Assembly: GCA_905178155.1 (NCBI GenBank)
Contig: CAJINV010000012.1
Location: forward strand, 988,004 to 1,052,003
Length of the DNA stretch: 64,000 bases
Reading direction: 5' to 3'
Origin: Amoebophrya sp. A120
Lineage: Eukaryota > Protista > Dinoflagellata
Shown: positions 25,901 to 38,991 of the stretch, piece after piece
How the letters are laid out: each line of letters opens with the position of its first letter
How positions within the stretch are numbered: position 1 is the first letter of the stretch
Translations under genes and position numbers: made by a program
Notes under the pieces: generated by a model
Databases searched by the model: none
What the model was told of the DNA's origin: nothing
Seen by the model: only the letters and a program-made list of their open reading frames with translations

Positions 25901-28900
25901 GTTGCGGTATCGAATGCAAATATGTCTGGGTCTGGAAACCTGTGATGCTGGTTGGCGAATCTTGAGGACGCCACAATTGGGGCTCCAGCATGAGAAGTTT
26001 CTGAGGTGCTAGGTATTGTCTATTCTGCATCAGAAACTGCGTTTTTGCATGAAGACAGAAAAGCGAGGCTTTTGGGTGATGTGCATGACAAACTTGAGGG
26101 TCATGCTAGCCGAGCATGACAAATCGCGCATTCTTTCCAGACCCAGACATATTTGCAGTGCATATGCGGGTTCTGTTTCCGGTTGCTCGCGGACAAGTGC
26201 TGAAAAACCCGGTCCGGGGCGCCCTTGACGATCAATTTGGCTTCTGGTTTGGTCGTGTTCGTGTGGATCGTCACCATGTACTTGTTCGCACTGTTAAACG
26301 GGATTTCGAAAATCTTTGTCCAGTCTGCATGTTGAAACGAATCGGAGGAGGTCGTGGTGTTAAGATTAACGTTGCACGCAGACGCAAAGTAAATCGCCTT
26401 TTCGGTCGGAGAACCGCTGATCTCTTCCTATGGCGCTCTCAATCGTTACACTCTCAACTGTTACATGGATTTGCAATGCAAGAACAGCAACAGTGAAAGT
26501 GGCAATATTGCAGCTTTCGCATCACAAATTTACCACAGATTGTCATGCTGTTTAGCCCTTCGAAAATTTGTCATGCGAAGCACCTTGATCAAGTGGAGGC
26601 CGATGGCAATTTTCCATGACAAATCCGTGGCACAGTTGAGAATGTCACAGTTGAGAACGCCATACTTCTTTCGTGATGGCTGTAGTAGTTCTTGATGACC
26701 CGTTTGAAGATGATGTTGACGCGATTGGTGGGACGGGCCCGGAAGAAGACGAGGAAGACGAATTGGTCGTGTTCTTACCCGTTCTTGAAACCAAAACCGT
26801 CGTATTCAGCATCCCCGCGGCGAAAAGGTCCTGCTGCGAATTTTTAAGTGTACTAGTGTTGCTGGTAGTAGTTCCCGCCGCGTCAGCTGGAACTGCACCG
26901 CCGGTGCCAGAAGAGGGTCTACTTGCCGCTGCGGGGTAGATTTTCCCGCTCAGCGGGTCGAGCTTCACTCTCGCCGTCGCTTTACTGTTGGATGTGTTCT
27001 TGGTTTCCCCACCAGCACCAGCTCCTGATAAATCATTCACCACTACCACGTCGGTGACCGTCATTTCCCCGGTCGTCAACGTGCCCGTTTTGTCACTGCA
27101 GATCACTTCGACACACCCTAACGTTTCCACCGCGTCCAATTTGCGCACCAACACGTTCTTCACGGACATCTTGGAGCTGGCAATCATCAGCGAGATTGTT
27201 GCCGTCGGGAGCAACCTATGAATTGCAAAAGCATCGTACTAGTATATAAAAAATTTGTAATGCAATTTATACTATAAATTGCATTACAAATTTTTTCAAA
27301 GAGAAAACTGCAATTTGTAATGCTGATTTGCCTAAGATGGGCAATTTGTCATGCATGATTGCAATTACTACGAGTACGATACTTTTGCACAGGATACAAC
27401 CCCTCCGGAATCTGCCCAAACATCGCCGCGGAACTGGTTTCCAGGATCTGCCGGGGTGATTTTCCTACTTGAAATATCCTGTGCAAAAACATCCCCATCC
27501 CAGAGTTGTCATGCAGATCTGCAAGCACAAGAGCATTTGTAATGCGCATCCCCATGAGAGGCATTTCCCATCGTGTTTTGGAACTTGTAATGCTGTGAAC
27601 AGGATAAGGAGCTGGATTTCTTATGCGGCTTCTCTTGCTAAGCTGCATTATATCACAGCCTGCAACTTGTCATGCGTGGCTCCCAAAACTTTCAGGTTTG
27701 TGTTGCAAAATCCCCATCTTGACTCTGGGGTGGGGACGTTTTTACAAATGATATGAAACTCGGCAATCGCGGTGAGCAGCCCGACGGAGATGGCGATAAC
27801 CGCGATTAAGTGGACGAAATATGGATTGCAAAAATGTCTGGGTCTGGAACATTGGAACTTGTGATGCTAACTTTGGACTCTAGTAAAGTCTGTATTGCAT
27901 GACCAGCAAGAGGAGTCCGGTTGGGTGTGTCCTACGCGTGTAGGGCATTTGTCATGCGGAATAGGCACCAGGAAGGCTTCTAAAATCTGTGATGCTAGGG
28001 CTTCCATGAGCGACATTCTGTGTCATGCAAAAACAGCATAACAAATTTCGGATTCTTCCAGACCCAGACATTTTTACAGTTGATACAAAATGCTCCAGCG
28101 CAATTTCCAAACTGGACTTCGGCCGCTTCTTCTTCACGCCCGAAGCGATTTTCCCCAGCAGGGTATTGTCCCCGGTCGCGTAGACCAACACCGTGCAATT
28201 CCCCTTTAAGAGCAACGTGCCGTAAAAGACCAAATTGCTGCTCTGCATGGGTTATGAACTGCAAAAGCATCGCACTCGTATAAATGCATGACAAATTCAC
28301 TCAGCATGGGAAATAAAATTTGTAATGCGGATTTACCTTGAGAAAAAAATTTGTAATGCATGATTGCAATACGAGTGCGATACTTTTGCGCAGGATATGG
28401 GTTCGATTTCCCGGTTGGGGTCTTCGATTTTCTCCACCGTCCTCTGCTCCGGCAAACTCTCCCCGGTCAGCTATCAAATGCAAAAGTATCTGGGTCTGGA
28501 AAGTTGCAAGATTTGTCATGCATCTCGCGGACCACACTCATGGTCTGTAATGCAGACAGAAGCATCACAGATTTTTTGAGACCTTCCTCATGCCTTGTCC
28601 GCATGAGAAATTCCCGTTTTACCTAGCGAGAATTGGGTAACTGTTGGCGTTCAGGCAACACAGACTTTCTCGTGATCCAGCTTTCGCATGACAGGCTTCA
28701 TTCTTACAGACCCAGACATATTTGCAATGCATATCAGCGCCGCCTGGTCCACTTCCGTCCCCTCCGTACAGTAGACCACGCGACAATCCGCCGGGATGCG
28801 CGCCCCGGGTTCCAGGAAGCAAATGTCGCCGGGCACCAGCTCGGAGGGGGGCAGTTGCAGGTCTTCGCGCTGGTAGGCGGAGTTGGACGTGTCCAGGTCG

Positions 28901-31461
28901 CCGTCTTGATCGTTACCGAGAAGACCAGAAGCGGACTGGGAACTGGTTTGGATTTGTAAAGTTGACATGATCATTTGTAGTTGAGTATAATAATTGTATT
29001 TTTCTTTATATCACGGTTGTAATCTGTGACGCAGTTAGTTTGAGCAAGCGAGAACGGATTTTTCGTGCGTGAAGCCATCTTGGTGCCACAATGTGAATGT
29101 ACACATTTTCAACATCAATCCAACTGTAAGTACCTTTTCCTTCTGACCACGCGGACCAACTCATTACCCCCCTGCATCGCTTGCAGTGCGTCCATCATGG
29201 ACTCTGCCTTCTGCTCCGCCCACCACTGCAGCAGACTGGCCATCAGGATCACGACCGACAAAATCACCGGCGTGACGTAGTCTTCCCGACCCGTCTCGCG
29301 CTGCAGACTCGTCTCTTCCGCCAGGAGACTGGCAAGCACCACTTCGGCGACAACGCAACTCCACAAAAGAATGTTGAAGCCGGAGAGAAACGTGATTTTC
29401 AGCAGCGAAACCCACTTGTTTTCCTTCACGGGGGGCGAAATTCGGTTGAACCCGTAGAACTTCCGGCGAAAGTCCACCTCGTCTTTGGTCAGCCCGATAG
29501 TCGCCTGCGCATTCGTGACGTCCTCTTTTTTCTCCAAGGTTGTGTGCAGAAACTTCGCGGCTTCTTCCACCCCCATGCGGTGCAGGTCCGTGGTGTAGCT
29601 GCTGGACTGCTGCAGATTGTCGTCTTTCGAGGTCTGCCGCTTCTTCTCTTCCTTCGTTTCCAAAAATTCGCGGTAGTAGAGAAACCCTAGGCCGAGAATC
29701 AAGGTGAGAATACTCGCGGACGCGATCCAGAGAATGTGTTTTCTGGAAAACGTTGCGTTTTCCACCGTGGTGGTCGCCACGTCGGTCCTTTCCGCGTTGA
29801 TCAGGTCCCGCTCGGTTTGTGCCGCGCTGCTGGACCCCATGTCCAGATCGAGCCAGGAGGAGGACTCGAACAGCGGCGACTGCTGGTGGAGATGGAGGCT
29901 TGATGATCCAGTAGGTAAACCGCCTTCGACGTCTAAAGTACCATGCAGGTCGTCGTGCTGGGAGGACTGGGAGGAATCAATAATCTCCGCCGGCTCGGAT
30001 TTGTCATGCAGTTGCAGCAAGGAGTATCCGTACCTGGCCGCCTGACTGGGGGTCATGTACTCAGCCCGGAGGCCGCGACGGGAGGAGGAAGCAGATCCAA
30101 CGTATCCTGTGCAAAAGTAATATCGCTGCACTCGTGTTGAGTACGCATCTTCGCAGCCAGGCATGACAAATCCGCTTTCCAATGACTAAATCAGCATGAC
30201 AACTTCCATTTTTTGTCATCATGCTGAGCTGCTGATTTGTCATGCAGTTTTACTACTGGCACGATACATCAAGAACTTTTGCACCAGTGCATAGGGTGGT
30301 TTTGGCCGTCAATTTCTTCGTCCGCGCGCGCGCCAGAGAAGAGGAAGACTCTTCGCCAGCGGCGTCGATGGTCGTTGCAAAGTACTTGTTGTCCAGAGTG
30401 TCCTCCAGTCTGCGAGCGTTGATGTTGGTGACAGAGGAGGCAGTTACCAGCTGCGACACAACAGCTGCTGGTTGGACATCAGCAGCAGCCTTTGTAGTAC
30501 GGAGGCCAGTAGATGCAGCTGCCGCGGGATTCATTCCATAATTTTTCGTTCCTTCGCTTCGCACCATCTTGATACTTTTCTGCTCTCCCGAGCCAGGGGC
30601 ATCTTCATCGGGGTAGGTTGCGAAATTGACGTTGTACCCAATAATTTGACCTTCGTCAGCTGCCCCAGTCCTACTCCCGCCAAGTACAACTCCCGGCTCG
30701 AGGCTGGAACTGACTTCCTCGACCGCCCATGGTGGCAGGGGCACACTGTACGGGCTCCTGTCGCTAGTCCTCGCTTCAACACTGTTTTTGCGCTGTCTGG
30801 TGGACCACGACGGGGAAGCTGCAGCTGTCGTGGCTGTGCTCGTTTCATCCCCGTTGTAATTTCTCGTCGCCCCCGGCCCCGGCTGCTTCTGCAACTGACT
30901 CTTTACGAGTTCGTACAATTCCTGATTGATCAAAGCGTCTTGAAGCGCGTCGCGGTCGGTTTCCGGAGTAGAACTCCTTGCACTACCCGCAGTTCTTCCA
31001 ACACCAGCGTCCGCTCGTTGTAGTTGTTCCAGCAACGTCGGTTCCTCTACCACTGCAGTGCTACTTCCGGCTGCGGCGATTTTCGCAATCGAATCTCCGA
31101 CGAACAGAAGCTGGTGCACGAGATGCAGGTGTATGATGCGGAGGCTCGGGAGGATGTTGAAAGAGAGCAGAGGAGAACTGCGCCGCTCTTTCTGAATTTT
31201 TCCGCGATTTCTCATCGTGGGTTCGTTTTTGTAGGAAACTACCAAGTATGCGTATGCCAAGATGAAGGAGCCGAGAAATACAACTACTTCTTGTTGGGCG
31301 ATGTTGACAAGCTTGCAAAAGGAACTGCAATGCCACAGCTCCTCCGTAGCATTTCCTATAAAGATGGAGAGATAATGAGTCGCTGAATCGGCAGGAGCAG
31401 CCTCTACTCCAGCTACAACTGTTTCAGCGTGGCCTAAAAATGTTTGAAACAGCTTTGTCAT
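22918..31461 (-). CDS. P-type ATPase, type IIC (Na+/K+, H+/K+)-like alpha subunit; 13 introner introns + 2 GT-AG introns (23929-24109, 28943-29133)
   Basis: Reassembled motifs: VDQAAL|TGES, IPEGL|[71 protein letters not shown]; start codon approximate. Confidence 0.92.
23333..23493. mobile_element. Introner, family B
   Basis: tatgaattgcaaaagc ... gatacttttgcacaggata; perfect DR tgaga. Confidence 0.95.
23537..23815. mobile_element. Introner, family C
   Basis: tatcccatgtaaaaacgtccccac ... gtggggatgtttttacacaggata; perfect DR ttcgg. Confidence 0.95.
24212..24361. mobile_element. Introner, family B
   Basis: tatgaactgcaaaagcatcgtact ... agtacaatacttttgcacaggata; perfect DR aacga. Confidence 0.95.
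24431..24668. mobile_element. Introner, family H
   Basis: tataacagtgcacaactccccctc ... gagggggggttcgggttgtgcactttcata; perfect DR cccgt. Confidence 0.92.
25542..25802. mobile_element. Introner, family A (left end TGT)
   Basis: tgtcaagtgcaaaaatgtctgggtctggaa ... ttccagacccagacatttttgcaatccata; perfect DR cttcg. Confidence 0.95.
25908..26164. mobile_element. Introner, family A
   Basis: Family A TIRs; perfect DR tgcgg. Confidence 0.95.
26429..26664. mobile_element. Introner, family D
   Basis: tatggcgctctcaatcgttacactctcaactg ... cagttgagaatgtcacagttgagaacgccata; DR cttcc/cttct. Confidence 0.93.
27217..27396. mobile_element. Introner, family B
   Basis: Family B TIRs; perfect DR caacc; splits PEGL|LP. 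Confidence 0.95.
27475..27753. mobile_element. Introner, family C
   Basis: tatcctgtgcaaaaacatcccca ... tggggacgtttttacaaatgata; perfect DR tgaaa. Confidence 0.95.
27820..28085. mobile_element. Introner, family A
   Basis: Family A TIRs; DR cgaaa/caaaa. Confidence 0.93.
28253..28397. mobile_element. Introner, family B
   Basis: Family B TIRs; perfect DR tgggt. Confidence 0.95.
28472..28733. mobile_element. Introner, family A
   Basis: Family A TIRs; perfect DR tcagc; splits L|TGES. Confidence 0.95.
30103..30293. mobile_element. Introner, family B, degenerate, reverse orientation
   Basis: tatcctgtgcaaaagt ... acttttgcaccagtgcata; DR decayed (caacg/gggtg) but +5 removal keeps frame. Confidence 0.8.
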
Positions 31462-32739
31462 CAATATCGTATTCGTACGCAAACCGTACTACAAACCACG
31501 TCGAACGGAAAAAATCTGTATCTCGAGTCAGTCGGGCGAGCAGTTCAACATCACTTCTCTCATATTTCTTTTTCGAACTCGAATACACGACGAAGCCACC
31601 AAATGCAAGAAGAAATACATCCTAGAATATTCATTATTGAAGGTCCTTCATCGAAGATGTGTGCGGTAGCGGTACAAAAGTAAAGAAACAATCTATCTTT
31701 CGAAGGAGGTCGTTCTTCCAGACGATGGCTTCTCATTTGTAGCGCTCTAAACTTCACTCGCTCTTTTATCAACGCCAGTGGCATCACGATTGTTGATAAC
31801 GCGATTTTTTTGACAAGACTGCTCATGACGAATACGAATTTGGTACCCTGAATGATTTTAGCAGAACCAGTAGAACAACGCAAAATATTGATTCCAGCGA
31901 AGAATGCAGCAGGCCAACTTGAGTTGTAACGATCTTTTCGAGGACCGCGGTGCAATCTGATTTGGGAAAGAAGCAAGAGTCTGAAGGAGCCGGGAGGAGA
32001 AAGACAAACAACATTTCTTAGCCGAGTCTGAGAATCATGGGGTGTTCCGCAGGGTGGTAAGTAGTTCATCATCTCCTGAAGGATTTCTGAGTTAGAAATC
32101 TATCAGGTCGCTTGTTGCGTTGCCTACACTTCCACTTGTTGCGAAAGTTACAAATACAAGATGAGGGAAATTATGGCCTTGGAAATGATGTGAATGTGAA
32201 ATGTTAAAAAGAGCTCGGAAGGACAACAAAAAATGCAGACTCAGATTGTTTTTGTTTTGTCTGTTATTGTTTGTTTACTTTAATGCGATGAGGCGTTTAA
32301 TGGCACTTCTAGTCCTACTCGCTATCAAAGTGGAACCTCCTCACAACTGTCGTGCTGCACTAAAAAAGTGCCGGATTTGATAATTCGTTGGTCTTGTAAA
32401 GCCGGAGCTGTGAACTGCGAGAATTAGTATGCTTAGCCTGTCGCATTGGGTTGAAGAGAAGAAAGCGAAGCGAAAATAGACAGTGCACTTTTTTTTTAGG
32501 CAGTGGTTGACATTGTAAAAACAAAAAGAAAAACTTTGTACTTTACTTACTTTGATTTTGATTGGCAGTCATGTTCTGGCTGAATAAAAAGGAAAAATGT
32601 AATGCTGTGTAATCGTGAAAAAACGATTGATAATTTGGTACAGTAACACACATGTGCCTGTTACTTGATAGCATTGGTACTCCGGCGAGAAAAGTTTGCG
32701 CTGGATATCTATCATGCACATGCACGATCCGCCGCAAAT

Positions 32740-35700
32740 TCAAACAACTAAACTGCCGCCGCCGCCGTTTGCAACAACATCGGACGGACCTCCGCCAGCG
32801 ACATCAGCACTCGAGTAATCAACGACCGCACCAGAAGCTGCTGCTGGTGGTTGTACATCCTTGCCTGGTGCTTGCACGTCATCGGTGCGCATGAATCCAC
32901 CAATCAGGTTTGTGGCCGTGTCGAATACATTCTTTCCCATATCAAGTGCAAACATGTCCGGGTCTGGAAGGATGCAACTTGTGATGCTAACTTTGGATAC
33001 AATCTGTACGTGTATTGCATGAACAGTAAAAGACGTCCAGTTTTTGCTACGCGAAGAGGGCGTTTTTCATGCGAGATGGGCATCAGAAAACCCTCGCAGA
33101 ATCTTTAACGCATACATAGGTCATGCAAATGGTGCATGACACACGTTGCACCCTTCCAGACCCAGGGGGCATAAATATTTGCGTTTCATATCCAACCTCC
33201 GCCGCCGCTTCCATCAAACCTCCGCCGTTTGGATTCGAATTTTTTTGGTTCGGCGACGACACGCTTGGATTCGGATTTGGGTTCGGGTTCGGCGACAGTA
33301 TCAAATGTAGAAATGTCTGGGTCTGGAAGAGTGCGCGATTTGTCATGCAGCTTTTCCATGACCCGTGAGGTCTGGAATGCAGGACCCGACATGACAGATT
33401 CTGTGCGATTTTTCTCATGCCTATCCTGCATGAGCAATTGCCTCCCGACTTGGTCAAAACTGGACGACTTTTGGTAATCATGCAACACAGATTTTTGCAT
33501 GCTGCAAATTTAGCATGACAAGTTGCATTTTTCCAGACCCAGACATTTTTACATTTGATAGACAGAAGGTCGCGCTCGGTCTCCTTCTCCTCCAGCTCCA
33601 ACACGCGCAGCACCTTCGCCAAGTAGTTGGACGTCTTGTGGGCGGGCAGCATATGGATTGCAAAAGTGTCTGGGTCTGGAAGATTGCAACTTGTAATGCT
33701 GTCTTTTTTTTTTTTTGCCTGCGGGAGCGGATCGCGTTTCTTTCTTTCTTTCTGGAATTGTGTTACGGCGAGAACGGTACCCGCCCGCTGCGCTTACATT
33801 GCGTGCTCCCGTCACGCGTCATGCGGTATAAATTCTTTCGAAACCCTAAACCCATCAAAGCATGCCTCTCGGGAGATACAAACCGGGGGAACCCTAAACC
33901 CGCGCAACGCACTCGTTTTAGTTAACGTCTAATGCCGAAAGCCGCGGCAGACGTCCACGTTGGGACGTAGATGGAGACGTAGTAAAATATGTAATGTTTT
34001 TTTTGGGGGGGCGGGGCTAAAGGTCGAGACTAAAGTTATGTGCAGAAGCCGCTGCACGAAGAGTAGTAAAGATTTTTTCATTTTTTATCTATTAGTTTTC
34101 TAATTCGTCTTCCATCACCCCGGTACTCGAGCACGCCATGCAAAGAAAAGAATCGGCGACCAAGATCATGCATGACAAATGGGAAATAAATTCCCCATGA
34201 CCAACCTATGAAATAGGTCAACCGAGCGCACCCGCTTCCTCTAAGGGGAGGTCCACGAATACTATAGGCCGAGACTGGATCAGGTGATACTAGTAACTTA
34301 GGAACGGTCAAACGAACATTTAGCAGCCGCGCGCCCTGAATACGATACTATGACCCTTAAGCCGAGGGACTTTCGAAATTTACACCGGGCACATAGTGCG
34401 ACTGCCGCCGATGTCATAAGACCGAGCGTAAAGATGCAATCTACCAAAAAAAATAAGTATTTGTAATGCTGAGTGCGAGTTTACGAATTTGATTTTGAAA
34501 AGTATTTTCTATGAGGGTGGGACGGGACGGTTGGACCCCGGGCACCGGCGGTCGCGCCCCTTGTCCCCCGTATGTGCTGCTTCCCGTGCGTACCATGCGC
34601 AAAGCGAAATGTGGGAAAATTCCCCTTTGCATCCATGGCGCTCCGCGAAGACAGCAGGTGAAGAACAAGATTCTTGACCACCAGCACCATCATCTAATCA
34701 TTTCTGGAAATCGGCATCGGCAAGCTCGAGGTAGAGCGGCGGGGGGGAAGTAGAGAAACAAGGGCAGGGCGCCGCAGCATCGTGCTGAGGACGGATGGGA
34801 AGCTTTCACCGGTGGGCATGTGAATTCGACACGCCGGAGCTATCGGTAGCTGTCGGATCTGCAGTAACATCGGCCTAACCGGAAATGTCGGCCCGGGGTG
34901 GAAGGGAGTGAGCAGGTTCGGAAGCAGGACGATAGGCCGGAAAACGGGTGCTGAAGCCGTGAAACCGCTCAAACCGGCTACTTGCCGGGGGACGCGATGT
35001 GGGAAAAGGGAACGGGAATGTCGTCCCGGGGTGGAACAGAGTGGGCGGCTTGGGAAACAGGACGGTGTGGTAAAGGGAGCTTGTTGGCGCCGCGTAACCG
35101 TCTCGACCGGTTCCGGGTCGTGGAAGTCGACATCAAAATGGACAGCAGGGGCAAAACAATATCATCATCATTCTATAAAAAAAGAAATAACGAATCAAAA
35201 TCGAACATGCAAAAGGGTAGGCACCCCCCTAAAAGATGTCACTTGCACTACATGGGCGAAGGCAGTGCTTGTAGAAATCCAGCCGCTTGGAAATGCTACA
35301 GCTAGAGTCAATATCCCCCTTCATACAAACTGGGACTGGGACACATGACTGGAGGTTCATGACAAAATCTAGCTTATGTAGCAGAGCCTTCCACCCAGTA
35401 GGGCACCCAAATGCTATGCGCATGCTGACGGAGGAGAATTACTCCTATTCGGGTCGCATTTGGGTATAGAAAAACGAACTCCATACATATCCTGTAATGC
35501 AAAACGAACTTGTAATGCTTATGCTGTCTCTGGATTCTAAAAAAATGTGTATTGCATGCCCAGCAAGAGCACTCCAGTTTGTGATATGCGGACAGGTCAT
35601 TTCTCATGCGGTAGAGGCATCGCAAAGTCCTCTAAAAATATGTGACGCTAGGGCATGCATCACAGACATCATACGTCATGCAAAATATGCATCACAAACC

Positions 35701-38161
35701 TGGCAATCTTCCAGACCCAGACATTTTTGCAGTTGATACAGCATTTGGAAGGACAGAATCAGCTCATCAAACGCCACGGGTGAGGTCAAAGAATAGTGCG
35801 CAGCCCGCCCGGTGAGGGCGTGGTCCCCGTGGCAGTCCCGCTTCTCTTTTTCTTCGGAGTTAGGCAGATACAATACCGCCTGCCCCGCCGGGCGCCAGGT
35901 GGTGGCGTGAAAAAAGTCAATGTCCGCTTGTTCCTCTTGGATGTGTTTCCACATTTCGTCTTGGTAGGCTTGCAATGCAGAGGAAGAATCGTCGCTCGGG
36001 GGGGGATTTTGCTGTTTGTACCGCATCAGCAGCGCAATCTGCTCGGCCAGCACGGTGACGACCCGGCCAGGCGTGTTCAGCCGCGGCACTGCGTCGTCGT
36101 TGGCCACCGTGCCCAGGAAGGTCGCGAAGGGGAAGGTCGGCAAGGAGTCCACCACGCTCGGGAGGGCGTGCGGGTAGCCCCAGATCGTCACGTCAGCGCC
36201 GAATTGGTGTTGACCACTTGCCTTTTCCGCCTGCTCCGTATGCAAGAAAAAAAGTGTGTAAGTGTAACTCTGTCATGCAGAACATGCAACAGAATTACAC
36301 CTGTCATGCCAGGCAACCATGCAGTCCTCTTTTCACTTGTGTTTTCCCTCGTTACAAACCACGCATGACCATGAGAGGAGGTTTTCTCTGTCATGCAGAG
36401 CAAATTTGTGATGCTGTTCCTCCAAGAAAGTTACACTTTTTACACACTTTTTTTCCTGGATACTCCGTCCACAGGCTGTAAACCCAGGAGGCGGTCGCCG
36501 CGCCCAGCGAGTGGCCGGTAATGATCAGGTCCTTGTAGGTGCCCGCATGAGCAGCATCTGCAAAAAAATCCGTGATCGCTTGCTCCGTTTCCGCCGCCGT
36601 GTCTTTCGCCGCCAAATAAATTGCGGGGTGCGCGTTGTGCCCGTCCAGTTGCTCTTTCGTTTGTAGAGATCCCTCGTCAAAGTAGCTCGCCATTTCCTCG
36701 GACACGGTCTTGTAGCGGAGATCCGTGATGGCGTCGTCAATGGCTTTGGTCCCGCGAATCGCCAGCACCACAGCCTTCCGCTGCTTGTCGCCGAAGAGAA
36801 CATAGGCCGGCATTTTCACATCGGCCTCATACCGGGCTTTCAGGATGTCGATCCACTCCGCTTTCGTCGCGTCGAAACCCTCACCGAACGCCCAGCGGTC
36901 CTGTAAAACCGTAATAGAACTAAGTACTTTGGACCTAAGCAAAAACCCTGTTCCCTGCTGTCGAGCGGCGCATCATCCTCGAATTTAGGTAGAAAGTACT
37001 ATTTCTGTGCGTGCGCAGTGATACGCATAATGAAGTTGTAAACAGCGCAACATCGAGCAAACAGCGCCCAAAACAACAAGGTGTCAACATCTACCTCACC
37101 CGTACGAACGGCCGACAACATAGGTGAGTATGAAATCACAAGCCATCATTTTGCGCGAAAGTCTCACAACTCGTGGTGTCAAGAATATTTTACATAAAAC
37201 AAATTCGTTTCATTTACAAATCCTAGACCTAGTACAACTAGTTTATCTTTACCTTGCTCAGAGCGAGCTTGGAACCCGCCTCCGCATTCTCCTGGAGTTT
37301 CTTGCGGAACTCCTCCTCCGACCCTTTGTAACACGCGTCTGCGTAGGCGATGCTGCGGTAGAGGTCCTTTTTCCGGTCCAGCGTCAGCGTTTCCACCGTC
37401 TCCTCTACTCCCGCATTTGTAATGTTCGCGGACGGCAACGTGTTTTCGTACAGCCGGCACTGGAGCTTGCGGTACTCAAAAAAAGCGCCGGGGAGTTTCA
37501 CCGCGTTCAGCCCAAATTCCTTGACCAACAACAGACTCGCCTCGGCAAAGCCGGCCATTTCCCCGGCAATGTCGTACATCTGCTTCATTTCGTCCGTCAA
37601 CCCCAGGTCGTCCATCGCCGGCAGTAACACCGCGGCGGCAAATTCGTTTGCTTCCTCGCGCATTTCGCCCAGCGTAGACTCCGCCATTTTTTCCAGCTCT
37701 TGAACCTTCGCGTGAAACTTCTCCTTCGATTCGGTGAGCTTATCCACCGCGGGATCGTAGATGTAATTCGCCCATTTCTCCTTGAAAGCACTCCAGGCAG
37801 CGGCAGTTTTGTTCTTCATTTCGGCCATCCTGGCGTTCATTTCGTCAACCGTTTCGGAGTCAACGCAAAAAGAGGTGGGCAGTTCCTCTGTAGTGGTCCT
37901 GTGGTCGTCCAGCTGGAGGAGCTCGTCCTGCTCCGTGGGAGGAGTCCTGGATGCAGCTACGTTGTCGTTCTTCTGGTCGTTCTCACGCACCACTTCCACA
38001 TGCCTTTGTTTCTTCTTCGCCTGCCCGACGGCGGTGACTGAAATGGCGGACACGAAGATCGTGGTCTGCTCTATCGCGGCGCCGAGGAGGGCAATTGTGG
38101 CCAAAAGCCTCTTTGCGGAAGCGGGGGCTTTCGAGCGAGGATCCATTGTTCGTCCACCCAT
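32740..38161 (-). CDS. Class-3 lipase (diacylglycerol-lipase-like); 4 introner introns + GT-AG intron 36901-37252
   Basis: VVLAIRGT, LIITGHSLGAATA (GxSxG), NDDAVPRL, ELILSFQML|PAHKTSNY (putative catalytic His); N-terminal hydrophobic segment. Confidence 0.88.
32940..33190. mobile_element. Introner, family A
   Basis: Family A TIRs, right one with small insertion; DR tccca/tccaa. Confidence 0.88.
33299..33560. mobile_element. Introner, family A (close relative of 25542-25802)
   Basis: Perfect DR gacag; shared core ttttccatgacccgtgaggtctggaatgc. Confidence 0.95.
33652..35738. mobile_element. Introner, family A, expanded to 2.1 kb by a nested insertion
   Basis: tatggattgcaaaagtgtctgggtctggaagattgc ... 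gcaatcttccagacccagacatttttgcagttgata; perfect DR cagca; in-frame join QML|PAH. Confidence 0.92.
33704..35520 (-). mobile_element. Nested ~1.8-kb insertion with poly(T) end, possibly retroposed
   Basis: atgctgtc(t) duplicated at 33696-33703 and 35521-35528; T13 tract at left end; no recognisable RT or transposase ORF. Confidence 0.55.
36239..36462. mobile_element. Introner, family E
   Basis: tatgcaagaaaaaaagtgtgtaa ... ttacacactttttttcctggata; perfect DR ctccg. Confidence 0.95.
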
Positions 38162-38991
38162 AATCGACGCGAAAATCAGCGAGATTGATTGAGTGTTGAA
38201 ACTACAACAAAAAAGCTGACAGAGATAAAAGCTGAAGCCTATCTGAAGATTGAAATCTGGGAACCTTTTTACCTTAGACTGAGGCTACGGAGCAGCCAGT
38301 CGTTGGGGAAGAAAGCCAAAGCCTGTGGTGGTTTGCAGCAGCTTGATTTGAATTTAAAAACCAAACATCAATACACGCGGTCTACTGTGGCGACAAGAGG
38401 CCGCTGTACGCACGACTGAGTCAAAAAATAAACCACGTTTGACAGCACAAAGACGTACGAGCACGATAAGCATCGAAGGAACGAAAAACGGACGACGATG
38501 AAAACGAAAAGGGAGGACCACGACATCTTCAGTGCGGCCTTCTTCTCGTGTAATGTGAAACAGCCACGATTTCCGTCTTAGATTTTTTGACGAGCCAGCG
38601 TATTGCACGAGTAAACCGATGGATGGTCGCAAACAGATGAAACTCGGACGATTCCAAAACAAGCACTGGTGTACAACTACAAGCATACCGAAAGAAGTAT
38701 ACCTGGAGCATGCTCATGCAGCAGCTCAAGCGAATAAATCGGGAAACAGAACGGACAGGAACATTATAGCATGGCCGTTAAAATATGTTCGCGCGGCTGC
38801 GCCGCATGGAAGTCTAAAGCCGGCGGACGAGGGGGAAATCTAAAGCCGGCGGTTGCGCCGCATGGAAATTAATGTTTTTTCAAGAGTGAAATGCTATGCT
38901 GGACTTACGCGTACTCGTCATTTGGTTCCGTGAAAATGGGTAAAAATAACTAAGGGAACAACTACTACACAAATTGAGACTCTTCGTCTCC

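Noticed and set aside
22918-31461. ATPase and other fragmented genes as pseudogenes
   Set aside because: Motifs are intact and frame is restored at every junction checked by one consistent rule
34328-34382. ctatgacccttaag...cgaaatt as an LSU rRNA fragment or hammerhead ribozyme
   Set aside because: Only a few bases match; no CUGANGA core or extended rRNA similarity
34694-35348. ORFs in the nested insert as transposase or RT
   Set aside because: No DDE, YxDD or endonuclease motifs recognisable
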